From Candidatus Scatovivens sp. (lineage in GTDB: Bacteria; Bacillota; Clostridia; TANB77; CAG-508), in the NCBI GenBank assembly GCA_045646345.1, contig JAZRKN010000005.1:32001-96000 (forward strand): a DNA stretch of 64,000 nt, in the 5' to 3' direction. Within the stretch, counting starts at the first letter, position 1; the number at the start of each line of letters is the position of its first letter. The notes below the pieces were generated by a model. That model searched no databases. It saw only the letters and a program-made list of their open reading frames with translations, and was not told where the DNA came from. This document shows, in pieces, positions 9,077 to 19,609 of the stretch. Both the position numbers and the translations under genes were made by a program.

Positions 9077-11012
9077 TCAAAAAGATTTTTATATTAAAAG
9101 CAAATTTAAACAAGACGATTTAATTTCAAAAAATGCAGACGAGGTATTTAATAATTTTTTAAGAGGTGAAATAAAAATGGAAGAAGAAAAAGTAGTAAAT
9201 ATTAATAATACTACAAAAGAGAAAGAATCGAAAAAAACAAATATAAGAAAAATATTATCAATAGCAGCAACTTTGGTTGTAATCTTTTTAGGAGCAAACG
9301 TTTATGCTGCAACACAAGGATATAATAATATATTTTTTATTATAAATAATTTATTTAATCCAACAGAAATTACAGATCCAAATGAAATATTAACAGATAG
9401 AGATATTATAATCTCATATAGACCGATTGAAGTAAGCAAAGGTTTAAGTATTCAAATTAACAGATTAATAGTAAAAGATAATGAAGCTGTTCTTTATTTA
9501 GATGTAGAAAATGGTGAGTCTAAAGAAGAAATTGATACAATTGCAGTATATGATATAACAGATGGAAAAAAAGAATTAATAGCAAATCATTCAGCTTTAA
9601 GCAAAAAAGAAGGACGTCATACAGAAGAAATTAAATTAACAAAATTTTCAAATAAAACAGAATCAATTCAATTAGATCTACAAGATAAAGAGTTTAACAA
9701 AGTAATTTCTTTTGAAATTAACTTGGATAAAAAAGAAATTAATATATTATCAGCTTCTGAAAAAGAAATGAAAAAAATATCAGAAGTAGAATTAAAAGAG
9801 TTTTTATCAAAAATAGTAAGAATTAATTTCTTTAAAGATAAAGATGCGTTAACTAAATATCATACAGAACAAGAATACAAAGATGAAATTAAAGTATTAT
9901 ATGCTTTAGAATTATTGGATAAAGAAAAAGCTAGCTTCGAAGAAGTTCATAAAGTAATAAAAGAATTTACAGGAGAAACTTTTGAAGATCCAATAAGCTT
10001 AGCCAATATAGTAGTTACCAAATATGATGATGGTTATAAATATGTAACTGAAAAAGATATGCATCAAGTTAAAGCATTGTGTTTAGAAGTTTCTGATATA
10101 AAATATTCTAATGGTATATATACAGTAAGTTGTATATATACATATCCAACAGATGAGGATTATAAAAATAATAAAATAGAAGAATTAGATAAATTTACAA
10201 CAACATTTGAATTTACATTAAATGAAAATTATGAATATACAGAATTTTGTGTATTATCTGTAAATGATTTTGTAAGTAGTTTATATGAAGTAAGTAAAGA
10301 AACAGAAGATGATATTGTAGAAATTCCAGACGAAAATGAAGAAAACAATTCTGAAAATAAAGAAGATAATTCAGATGATAAAGAAGTACCAGAAAACAAC
10401 AATGAAAATAACAACCAATCAAATTCAAACGAAAATTCTGGAACAATACCAGAGCCGCCAGCAAATACAAATCCATCAGATAGTACTGTTATAAATCCAG
10501 GAAATGTTGATAATTATGCATCAACAATGGTATGGAATGATTTCTTTACACCAGGATTAAGAGGAAAAATGCCAGCTGGATGGAATATAAAAGAATTTAT
10601 AACATCATATAAAGGACAAGAAGATGATGGAAAACTTGCTAAATCAGTATCAGGAGTTGCAATAGGAATAAACAAAGAAACAAACGAAATTGTAAGATCA
10701 AATTTAATAATTAATTTTTATATGCCTGAATTTATAGAAGCAGGAAATACATTAGATTATACAAGAATTGTAGCAAACAGATATAACATGGAAGCTTCAG
10801 AAGCAGGATATACAAGTAATGAAGGTATGGATTGGAAAATGGTTGTAGAACCATATAACAATAGAGAATTTTATTGTCATTATGAACCAATGTATGGTAG
10901 TGCTGAAGGTGTAGGATATGTTGTAGAAATTATTTGTGACAATTATGATAACTATAAAGTAATAAATATAATTAACTGGATATTCGGAAATTTAAAAGGA
11001 GCATCTTTTTAA
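9069..11012 (+). CDS. Putative anti-sigma factor with large extracellular region
   Basis: Overlaps ECF stop; single TM near N-terminus (KILSIAATLVVIFLGANVYA); N/E-rich linker; TTG start 9069 chosen from RBS. Confidence 0.75.
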   Translation: MDNQKDFYIKSKFKQDDLISKNADEVFNNFLRGEIKMEEEKVVNINNTTKEKESKKTNIRKILSIAATLVVIFLGANVYAATQGYNNIFFIINNLFNPTEITDPNEILTDRDIIISYRPIEVSKGLSIQINRLIVKDNEAVLYLDVENGESKEEIDTIAVYDITDGKKELIANHSALSKKEGRHTEEIKLTKFSNKTESIQLDLQDKEFNKVISFEINLDKKEINILSASEKEMKKISEVELKEFLSKIVRINFFKDKDALTKYHTEQEYKDEIKVLYALELLDKEKASFEEVHKVIKEFTGETFEDPISLANIVVTKYDDGYKYVTEKDMHQVKALCLEVSDIKYSNGIYTVSCIYTYPTDEDYKNNKIEELDKFTTTFEFTLNENYEYTEFCVLSVNDFVSSLYEVSKETEDDIVEIPDENEENNSENKEDNSDDKEVPENNNENNNQSNSNENSGTIPEPPANTNPSDSTVINPGNVDNYASTMVWNDFFTPGLRGKMPAGWNIKEFITSYKGQEDDGKLAKSVSGVAIGINKETNEIVRSNLIINFYMPEFIEAGNTLDYTRIVANRYNMEASEAGYTSNEGMDWKMVVEPYNNREFYCHYEPMYGSAEGVGYVVEIICDNYDNYKVINIINWIFGNLKGASF

Positions 11013-11226
11013 TTGATATAAAATGAAAACGTAAGGATTATACTAAAAAAATGGTATAATCCTTGTTTTTTTATTGATTTTTAAAGAAAAAACGAAGAAA
11101 AAGCTTTAAAATACTTGATGTTTCTTGCAATTACGAAAAAGATAGTATATAATTATGTGGCATTTTTAAATAATATATTAAAAATGGAGTAATATATTAT
11201 ATATAAATATAAGAAAGGAAAAAGAA

Positions 11227-14200
11227 ATGAATTCATTAATCAAAACAGTACCAAATGTTAAAAAGTTTAATGACTATTTGTTTGAGCTTAATAAAGGCAC
11301 TACACCAATTATGCTATCAGGTTTAACTGATGTGGGAAAAATCCATATGGCTTATGCTACGAAATTTTATAGTGAAAAGCCAATTTGTATTATTACTTAT
11401 AATGAAATGCAAGCGAAAAAAATAATAAAAGATTTAGATTTCTTTGGCGAAAAAGTAAGATTTTTTCCTAAAAGAGATGTAATTAGTTTTGACTATGTGG
11501 CAGAAAGTAAAGATACATTATTTAAAAGAATATCTGTATTAAATGCTTTAGTAAAAAACGAAAAGAAAATTGTAGTTACTACAATAGAAGCAGCAATGCA
11601 AAAAATGATTACTAAAGAAAACTTATATAAAAACGTAATGAAATTAAAAGTAGGGGCTCAAGTTGATCTTGAAGTTTTGAAAGAAAAGTTAGTACTACTT
11701 GGATATGAAAGATATGATTTGATAGAAGGAAAAGGCCAATTTAGTGTAAGAGGTGGTATTGTTGATATTGCTACTTCTGTAAATAGCGGTGTTAGAATTG
11801 AATTTTGGGGAGATGAAATAGATTCTATTAGAAAATTTAGTTTAACAACGCAAAGAACTGTGAAAATGTTAGATGAAATAGAAATTTATCCATCTTATGA
11901 ATTTCTATTAACAGACAAAGTAGAAACAGTTTGTGAAAGAATTGGGGAAAAATTTTATCCAAATTCTGTTAAAGAAAAAGTTAAAGAAGATATTTTCCAA
12001 ATTCAAAATGGTGACTTCTTGACAAAAATTGACAAATATTTTGATTGTTTTTATACAGAAACAGCAACACTTTTAGATTACTTAGAAGATGACTGTATAA
12101 TATTTATAGATGAAATTGCAAAAATAAAAGCAAGAGCGGAAAATATAACTAAAGATAATACTCATTTAATAAAAGATTTAACTGAGAAAAATAAAATTGT
12201 TCCAGGAATCTTGACAGAGATGAAAGATTACATCAAATTCTCTGAAGGTTTAACTAAAAAACAAGTTGTTTATTTAGAAAAACAAGACATAGGTTTTGTG
12301 GATAAAGAAAGTATGCATGCAAAAAGAAACGGATATAGCTTTAGCTATAGGGAGGTCAACTTTTTTCGTAGTTCAATGGATTTACTGTTTCAGGAACTAC
12401 AAGAAGCAATTAACAGAGGGAAACAAACAGTAATTCTAGGCGGAAGCACGGAAAATTGTCGCAAGCTTGCGAACTTACTTTTAGAAAAAGAAATACCAAA
12501 TATATATGCTGATTTTTTAGAAGATGACTTAACTCTTGGTGTGGTAAACATCACACCAGGAGCTTTTTCTGCGGGATTTGAATTTTATGATGCAGAACTT
12601 TTAGTAATTTCTACAGAAGAAATTTTTGAAAGCAAACCTCAAAAAAGATTAAAAACTCCAAGTGCTTTTAAAGAAGGAGAAGTAGTTGTATTTGCAGATT
12701 TAAAAGAAGGTGACTTTATAGTTCATAAAGCACACGGAATCGGACAATATCTTGGTGTAAATACAATTAGAGCAGATGGTATAACAAAAGATTATATAAA
12801 ATTAAAGTATAAAGATGATGATATTTTATATATTCCAACAAATAGTTTGGATAACATCAGAAAATATGTTGGACCAGAAAAAGTAGGACCAAAATTAAAT
12901 AGACTTGGTTCTAAAGAATGGGATAAGACAAAAGCAAGAGTAAAAAGTAATTTAAGAGAAGTTGCAGAAGAACTAATTGAATTATATGCAAAGCGTCAAA
13001 AAATGGAAGGATTCGCATTCTCGAAAGATACACCATGGCAACAAGAGTTCGAAGATAGTTTTAAATATGTTGAAACAGACGACCAATTAAGATGTATTGA
13101 TGAAGTAAAAAAAGATATGGAAAAACCTAAACCGATGGACAGATTATTATGTGGTGATGTTGGTTATGGAAAAACAGAAGTTGCTATAAGAGCAGCATTT
13201 AAATCGGTAATGGATCAAAAACAAGTTGTTTATTTAGTTCCAACAACAGTTTTAGCTCAACAACAATATGAGAGTTTTAGAGACAGAATGAAGGAATATC
13301 CTGTAAGAATAGAACTTTTAAATAGATTTAGAACTAAAAAAGAACAAGAAGATACATTAAAAAGACTAGAACTTGGAGAAACAGATATTTTAGTTGGAAC
13401 TCATAGAGTTTTAAGTAAAGATGTTAACTTTAAAAATCTAGGATTACTAATTATAGATGAAGAGCATAGATTTGGAGTTAAAGCAAAAGAGAAAATAAAA
13501 GAAATGAAAAATTCAATTGATGTATTAACAATGACAGCAACTCCAATTCCTAGAACTTTACACATGTCTGTGGTTGGTATGAGAGATATGTCTGTAATTT
13601 ATGAACCACCACAAAATAGAAAACCAGTTCAAACTTATGTTTTAGAATACGATAAAGAAGTTGTAAAAGAAGCAATAACTCGTGAACTTGAAAAAGGTGG
13701 GCAAGTATTTTATCTATTTAACAATGTTGAAGGAATAGAGAAAAAAGCATTCGAAATATCAGAACTTGTTGAAGAAGCAAAAGTAGAATATGCTCATGGA
13801 AAAATGACAGGTAATCAACTAGAAAATATTATGCAAAACTTTGTTGATGGTAAATGTAATGTATTAGTATGCACAACAATATTAGAATCAGGAATTGATA
13901 TTCCAAATGCAAATACTATAATTGTTGAAAATGCTGATAGATTAGGATTAGCTCAACTTTATCAAATAAGAGGAAGGGTAGGGCGTTCAGAAAAGCAAGC
14001 CTATGCATATATAACTTATAGAAGAGATAAATTATTATCTGAAGTTGCTGATAAAAGGTTAAAAGCAATAAAAGAATTTACAGAATTTGGATCTGGTTTC
14101 AAAATAGCAATGAGAGATTTAGAGATTCGTGGTGCTGGAAGTTTAATGGGAGAAATACAACATGGTCATATGGAACAAATTGGATATGATATGTATTGCA

Positions 14201-14682
14201 AACTTCTAGATGAGGTTGTAAAAGAAATCAGAGGAGAAGAAATAATTGAAGAAGTAGATGTTCAAATTGAATTAGATGTTACAAGTTATATTCCTGAAGA
14301 ATATATTGAAAATGCGGGATTTAAAATTGAAGTATATCAAAATATTGCTCTATGTAAATCAGAAGAAGATATTGAGAATGTGACAGATGAAATAATAGAT
14401 AGATTTGGGCAAATGCCATATGAAGTAGAAAATCTATTGGATATTGCAAGAATAAAAATATTATCTAGAGAAAAATCAATTTTTAAAGTTGCCCAAAGAA
14501 AAGAGAATGTTATTTTTTATTTTGATAATACGAAATTTAATTTTGATGTAGTAGAGAAACTTATGAAATTATACAGAAATAGAATTAAGTTCTCACCATC
14601 AAAAGAACCTTATATAACATTTAAAATTGCTGAACTTAAAAATATTTTAGAAGAAGTGAAAGATTTTTTAAATAAATTATAA
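11227..14682 (+). CDS. mfd: Transcription-repair coupling factor
   Basis: CarD-like RID, GDVGYGKT, DEEHRFG, QIRGRVGRS, TRCF domain. Confidence 0.98.
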   Translation: MNSLIKTVPNVKKFNDYLFELNKGTTPIMLSGLTDVGKIHMAYATKFYSEKPICIITYNEMQAKKIIKDLDFFGEKVRFFPKRDVISFDYVAESKDTLFKRISVLNALVKNEKKIVVTTIEAAMQKMITKENLYKNVMKLKVGAQVDLEVLKEKLVLLGYERYDLIEGKGQFSVRGGIVDIATSVNSGVRIEFWGDEIDSIRKFSLTTQRTVKMLDEIEIYPSYEFLLTDKVETVCERIGEKFYPNSVKEKVKEDIFQIQNGDFLTKIDKYFDCFYTETATLLDYLEDDCIIFIDEIAKIKARAENITKDNTHLIKDLTEKNKIVPGILTEMKDYIKFSEGLTKKQVVYLEKQDIGFVDKESMHAKRNGYSFSYREVNFFRSSMDLLFQELQEAINRGKQTVILGGSTENCRKLANLLLEKEIPNIYADFLEDDLTLGVVNITPGAFSAGFEFYDAELLVISTEEIFESKPQKRLKTPSAFKEGEVVVFADLKEGDFIVHKAHGIGQYLGVNTIRADGITKDYIKLKYKDDDILYIPTNSLDNIRKYVGPEKVGPKLNRLGSKEWDKTKARVKSNLREVAEELIELYAKRQKMEGFAFSKDTPWQQEFEDSFKYVETDDQLRCIDEVKKDMEKPKPMDRLLCGDVGYGKTEVAIRAAFKSVMDQKQVVYLVPTTVLAQQQYESFRDRMKEYPVRIELLNRFRTKKEQEDTLKRLELGETDILVGTHRVLSKDVNFKNLGLLIIDEEHRFGVKAKEKIKEMKNSIDVLTMTATPIPRTLHMSVVGMRDMSVIYEPPQNRKPVQTYVLEYDKEVVKEAITRELEKGGQVFYLFNNVEGIEKKAFEISELVEEAKVEYAHGKMTGNQLENIMQNFVDGKCNVLVCTTILESGIDIPNANTIIVENADRLGLAQLYQIRGRVGRSEKQAYAYITYRRDKLLSEVADKRLKAIKEFTEFGSGFKIAMRDLEIRGAGSLMGEIQHGHMEQIGYDMYCKLLDEVVKEIRGEEIIEEVDVQIELDVTSYIPEEYIENAGFKIEVYQNIALCKSEEDIENVTDEIIDRFGQMPYEVENLLDIARIKILSREKSIFKVAQRKENVIFYFDNTKFNFDVVEKLMKLYRNRIKFSPSKEPYITFKIAELKNILEEVKDFLNKL

Positions 14683-14687
14683 AAATA

Positions 14688-14726
14688 GAAAACCACCGCG
14701 AAAATTATTTTTGCGGTGGCTTTTTT
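14688..14726. terminator. Bidirectional terminator
   Basis: AAAACCACCGC/GCGGTGGCTTTTTT hairpin between convergent genes. Confidence 0.85.
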
Positions 14727-14756
14727 GTGTATCAATACGATACTGAGGATAGCGAT

Positions 14757-15281
14757 TTAGCCTTTCATACTTAAAATGTGACTGTTACAGTCTTCACTAA
14801 CTTCGAACAATCCAACGGCTCTACGAAAGATATCTTCTGGATCAACGATTTTTTTGATTTCGTTTAAGATATCTTCATTGAACTCGTTGGTATCTGAAGA
14901 GCTGAATTTGAAAGTGAATTCATAATTGCAAACGTCAAATTCAAGCAATTTAAATCCTTTTGCATTCAAATAATCATGAACACTAGAGATTTTGTCGTAA
15001 TACTTCACACTGATAAGCAATGTGTCAGAATACTCGTAGAAGTGAACGAGACCAGTGATATATGGAACGGACAAGGTGTCGGTCCAATAAAAGAGTTCTC
15101 GCACTTTATTAAGCGCATCTTCTGAAAACGTTACCTTTTTTGGAAATTCCACATAGATCATATCGTCTTTGACGTAAATTGTACTATCTGTGTGGCCAAG
15201 CGAATGAAGGTATGCTTTCAAGTGGGTAATTGCTATTGATGTTGGGGTTTCGCTTACTACTGAATTTTCTCTTTGGGTCAT
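14757..15281 (-). CDS. Orphan hypothetical protein
   Basis: AAGGAGG RBS before ATG 15281; promoter TTGATT-17-TACAAT (15353-15325); atypical codon usage. Confidence 0.7.
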   Translation of the reverse strand: MTQRENSVVSETPTSIAITHLKAYLHSLGHTDSTIYVKDDMIYVEFPKKVTFSEDALNKVRELFYWTDTLSVPYITGLVHFYEYSDTLLISVKYYDKISSVHDYLNAKGFKLLEFDVCNYEFTFKFSSSDTNEFNEDILNEIKKIVDPEDIFRRAVGLFEVSEDCNSHILSMKG

Positions 15282-15524
15282 GCTATTCCTCCTTGTAGGG
15301 TTCAAAAAATTTGCTACAGTTTTTATTGTATCACGAATTGAAAGAAAAATCAAATATATCAATGTGTTGAGATGTTTTTAATTAATATAAACATTTTTAA
15401 TCACAAATATTTACGTAAACCATTTGAATGTGATATAATATATATGCTTGAAAAAAATTAATAAAATCTGAATAATATTTTATTAATTAGATAAAAATAA
15501 TAAAAAATATAAAGGTGAGAAAAA

Positions 15525-16319
15525 ATGTTAATTACAAGTAAAGATAATGAAACTGTAAAACATATAAAAAAGTTAAAAGAAAAGAAATATAGGGAAGAGT
15601 TTAAAGAGTTTATTGTTGAAGGAATAAAAATGATAGAAGAGGCTATTAATGAAATGGCTGAAATAAAATCTATTATTATATGTGACGATTGCAAAACTAC
15701 AGGATGTATTCCGAATGAACTTATGTATGAAATTGCAAAATATGATTGTATATATGTTTCTGAAAAAGTATTTAGCTATATATCAGATGTAATGAATCCA
15801 CAAGGAATAATGGCTGTTATTAGAAAACCAGAAATTAAAGAAAATGCAATAGATTTTGATGAAGATAACTTTTTGATATTAGATAATATTCAAGACCCAG
15901 GCAATATGGGGACAATTTTAAGAACTGCAGATAGTTTGAATTTTAAACAAATCATAGTTTCTAAAGATACTGCTGATATTTATAATCCAAAAGTTGTAAG
16001 ATCAACAATGGGAGCAATTTTTAGAATAAAAGTGGTTGTATCGAATGATTTAGTTAAAACAATAAAAGAACTTAAAAAACATAAAATAAAAGTTTACGCA
16101 ACTGACTTAAGAACTGATAAAAGTATTTATGATGTAGAATATAAAAAGTCTGCTATAGTAATTGGGAATGAAGCAAATGGTGTTTCTGAAGAAGTATTAA
16201 ATGAAGCAAGTGTTAGAATAAAAATACCTATGAGTGGAAAAACAGAAAGTTTAAATGCGGCTGTTGCAACAAGTATTATTTTGTATGAAGCGTATAGAAG
16301 TACTGGAAAAATAAAATAG
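15525..16319 (+). CDS. TrmH/SpoU family RNA methyltransferase
   Basis: QDPGNMGTILRTA, IGNEANG, ESLNAAVA. Confidence 0.95.
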   Translation: MLITSKDNETVKHIKKLKEKKYREEFKEFIVEGIKMIEEAINEMAEIKSIIICDDCKTTGCIPNELMYEIAKYDCIYVSEKVFSYISDVMNPQGIMAVIRKPEIKENAIDFDEDNFLILDNIQDPGNMGTILRTADSLNFKQIIVSKDTADIYNPKVVRSTMGAIFRIKVVVSNDLVKTIKELKKHKIKVYATDLRTDKSIYDVEYKKSAIVIGNEANGVSEEVLNEASVRIKIPMSGKTESLNAAVATSIILYEAYRSTGKIK

Positions 16320-16369
16320 AAAAAATAAAAAAAGAAGATAAAGTAATAATTTATCTTCTTTTTGTTTTT

Positions 16370-16915
16370 TTATTGTTCTCCAATTAATAACTCTAAAAGT
16401 CTCGGATAAATATCTGATGCTCTTGTGTTCCAATTTTCAACTATTTTCTTTGCTTGTTCTCTTGAACCAGCGTGAGCTTGAAGATCGAAAATTGTAACAT
16501 TATTTTCAACTATTTTGCATCTTACTGAGAATTCTCTTTCTGTTAAAGGTGTATATTCAGCAGAAATAGAAAACTTATCTTTTATTGTGTCTAAGTTTGC
16601 TTTAAACTTACTATCAACTTCTAATTTTAAAATTCCAGGAACTATATCGATTGTTAAATCAACTGCATTTTTTCCTTCTTTAGTTATTTCATATATTTCA
16701 GTATCTTCTTGTATATATTTAAAAATATAATTATCTTCTAATAAATCTAGTAAAAATTGTTGAAAGTAAAAGTAATTCATATCTACAATTGAAGTTACTA
16801 GTTCTAAAAGCTCATTATGAGATATTGGTTTTCCAACTTTGCTTAAAATGTATAAAAGCAAAATTTTACTTTCAGCCAATGTTTGATCATCTGAATTTAA
16901 TTTCAATTTTAACAA
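16370..16915 (-). CDS. DUF4364 family protein
   Basis: KILLLYIL...MNYFYFQQFL winged-helix pattern; start may be the second TTG. Confidence 0.8.
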   Translation of the reverse strand: MLKLKLNSDDQTLAESKILLLYILSKVGKPISHNELLELVTSIVDMNYFYFQQFLLDLLEDNYIFKYIQEDTEIYEITKEGKNAVDLTIDIVPGILKLEVDSKFKANLDTIKDKFSISAEYTPLTEREFSVRCKIVENNVTIFDLQAHAGSREQAKKIVENWNTRASDIYPRLLELLIGEQ

Positions 16916-17046
16916 CCTCCTTACAATACTAGGCTAATGCTATTATATCACAGAAATTGAAAATGTAAATAAATTTATTGCTCTAATATTATAAACTATG
17001 ATAAAATACAAGCAAATAAACTCAAAAGATAAATAAAGGAGGGACA

Positions 17047-18819
17047 ATGGAAAATAAATATAATTGGGATTTGACAGAGTTTTTTGAAAATGAGGAAGCT
17101 TTAGAAAATTCAATAAAAGAACTATATAATAAATTAGAATTATTAAGAAGTTTTAAAGGAAAACTTGCAAACAGCGTAGATGAGATGTTTAATTGTTATA
17201 AAACTTTAGAACAAGCATTAGAATTACATGAAAAAATTTATGCTTATGCGATGCTAAAATATCATCAAGATATGAGTAAGCAAGAATCAATAAAACTTTA
17301 CAAAAAGATAGAAATGATAACAACAGAGTTTTCAGAAACTGAAAGTTTTCTATCTCCAGAGATAAGCAAAATTTCAGATGAAAGATTAGAAGAATATTTG
17401 AAAGATTCTAGAATGCAAGAATATGAAAAATCAATTCGAGATATCATGAAAGAGAAAAAACATATTTTAAGTGAAGAAGTAGAAGCGGTTTTAGCAAAAT
17501 ATTCTGAAATTTTTTCAAGTAGTGAAAATACCTATGAAATATTTACAAATACAGAATTTGAATATCCTTCAATAATTGATGAAGAAGGTTTTGAACATAA
17601 AATGTCATCAGCTTTATTTTCTAAATATTTAATGAATAAATCTGAAAGTGTAAGAAAACAAGCTTTTGAATCAATGTATTCTTTGTATAAAAAACATATA
17701 AATACAATAACAGAACTGTATTTGGCTAGAGTAAAACAAAGAGTTATATCAAGTAAATTAAGAAATTATGAATCTTCATTAGATGCGGCTACAAACCATG
17801 ATGATTCTAATGTAAAAGTATATGAAACATTACTAAAAGAAGTAAATAAAAATATTCATTTAAATCATGAATATATTAATCTAAAAGCTAAACTTTTAGG
17901 AAAAGAAAAAGTTCATATGTATGATGTATATGTAAATAATTTAGAAGTAGAAGATTCAAAAACAGAGTATGAAGATGCAAAACAAATAGTATTAGATGCC
18001 CTAAAACCAATGGGAGAAAAATATACAGATACTCTAAAAAAAGCTTTTGAAAATAATTGGATTGATGTATATACAAATGATAATAAAATGAGTGGAGCTT
18101 ATAGCTTAGGTGTTCATAACCTTCATCCATTTGTATTATTAAATTATATAAAATCTTCAAGAGATGTTTCTACAATAGCTCATGAACTAGGTCATTCTAT
18201 GCATAGTTTTTATGCAAGCAAAAATCAAAATATAATAAATGCAAATTATACGATTATGGTTGCAGAAGTTGCTTCAACTGTAAATGAAATTTTACTAGCA
18301 AATTATTTAATAAATAAAGAAAATGATGTTAAAAAGAAAATGGCTTTAATACATGAACAATTGGACTTAATAAGAGCAACATTAATAAGACAATCTATGT
18401 TTGCTGAATTTGAAAAAGAAGTTCATGGAAAAGTAGAACTTGGAGAGAGTTTAACATCAGATAATTTAAATGATATTTATTTTGAATTAGTAGAAAAATA
18501 TTTTGGAACAGATTGTATTATTGATGAACAAATAAAATATGAATGGGCAAGAATACCTCATTTCTATAGATGTTTTTATGTTTATAAATATGCAACAGGA
18601 ATTACATCTGCTATAGTAATTGCAAGTAAAATTTTATCAGGTGAAGACGGATATGTTGAAAAATATATAAATATGCTTAGCCAAGGTGGTGCAAAAGATT
18701 CTTTAACACTTTTAAAAATGGTTGATGTAGATTTAGAAAAAGAAGAAACATATGAAGAAGCATTTAAATATTTTGAAAATAATTTAAATGAATTAAAAAT
18801 GTTATTAGAGGCGCAATAA
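17047..18819 (+). CDS. pepF: Oligoendopeptidase F (M3B)
   Basis: WDL N-terminus, SGAYS, HELGHSMH, AEVAST, WARIPHFY. Confidence 0.96.
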   Translation: MENKYNWDLTEFFENEEALENSIKELYNKLELLRSFKGKLANSVDEMFNCYKTLEQALELHEKIYAYAMLKYHQDMSKQESIKLYKKIEMITTEFSETESFLSPEISKISDERLEEYLKDSRMQEYEKSIRDIMKEKKHILSEEVEAVLAKYSEIFSSSENTYEIFTNTEFEYPSIIDEEGFEHKMSSALFSKYLMNKSESVRKQAFESMYSLYKKHINTITELYLARVKQRVISSKLRNYESSLDAATNHDDSNVKVYETLLKEVNKNIHLNHEYINLKAKLLGKEKVHMYDVYVNNLEVEDSKTEYEDAKQIVLDALKPMGEKYTDTLKKAFENNWIDVYTNDNKMSGAYSLGVHNLHPFVLLNYIKSSRDVSTIAHELGHSMHSFYASKNQNIINANYTIMVAEVASTVNEILLANYLINKENDVKKKMALIHEQLDLIRATLIRQSMFAEFEKEVHGKVELGESLTSDNLNDIYFELVEKYFGTDCIIDEQIKYEWARIPHFYRCFYVYKYATGITSAIVIASKILSGEDGYVEKYINMLSQGGAKDSLTLLKMVDVDLEKEETYEEAFKYFENNLNELKMLLEAQ

Positions 18820-18913
18820 TTCACACAAAAAACATAATTATATGGTATAAGTATACTGTTAAATTAGATTGATATAAAAGACGTAGAAAAAGTTTAAAAT
18901 ATGGAGGTAAAAA

Positions 18914-19594
18914 ATGGGAGATGCAACAATTTTAATAGTAGATGATGAATCTAGAATGAGAAAGTTAATCAAAGATTTTTTAATACAAAAGAATTTTAAT
19001 ATTTTAGAAGCTGAAGACGGTGAAAAAGCTTTAAAAGTTTATGAAGAAAATAAAGAAAAAATAGATTTAATTTTATTAGATGTAATGATGCCAAAACTAG
19101 ATGGATGGTCTGTGCTTCGTAACATACGTCAAGAAAATAAAAAATTACCAATAGTTATGCTAACAGCAAGAGCAGAAGAACAAGATGAATTGTTTGGATT
19201 TGAACTTGGTGTTGATGAATATATAACTAAACCATTTAGTCCTAAAATTTTAGTTGCCAGAGTTGAATCAATTTTAAAAAGATCAAAACCAGATGCAAAA
19301 GAATTAAAAAGCTATGATGGAATTGTTATAGATAATGAAGGAAGAACAGTAACAGTTGATGGAAAAGCGGTTGAACTAAGCTTTAGAGAATATGAACTTT
19401 TAAAATATTTGTTGGATAATGAAAATATTGCATTATCTAGAGATAAAATATTAAATACTGTTTGGAATTATGATTACTATGGTGATTCAAGAACAATAGA
19501 TAGCCATATCAAAAAAATTAGACATAAATTAGGTAAAAAAGGAAAACACATTCAAACAATTAGAGGAATAGGATATAAGTTCGAAATTAAATAA
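18914..19594 (+). CDS. OmpR-family response regulator
   Basis: ILIVDDE, LDVMMP, KPF, winged helix with TIRGIGY. Confidence 0.96.
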   Translation: MGDATILIVDDESRMRKLIKDFLIQKNFNILEAEDGEKALKVYEENKEKIDLILLDVMMPKLDGWSVLRNIRQENKKLPIVMLTARAEEQDELFGFELGVDEYITKPFSPKILVARVESILKRSKPDAKELKSYDGIVIDNEGRTVTVDGKAVELSFREYELLKYLLDNENIALSRDKILNTVWNYDYYGDSRTIDSHIKKIRHKLGKKGKHIQTIRGIGYKFEIK

Positions 19595-19609
19595 TAAAGG
19601 ATGAAATAA

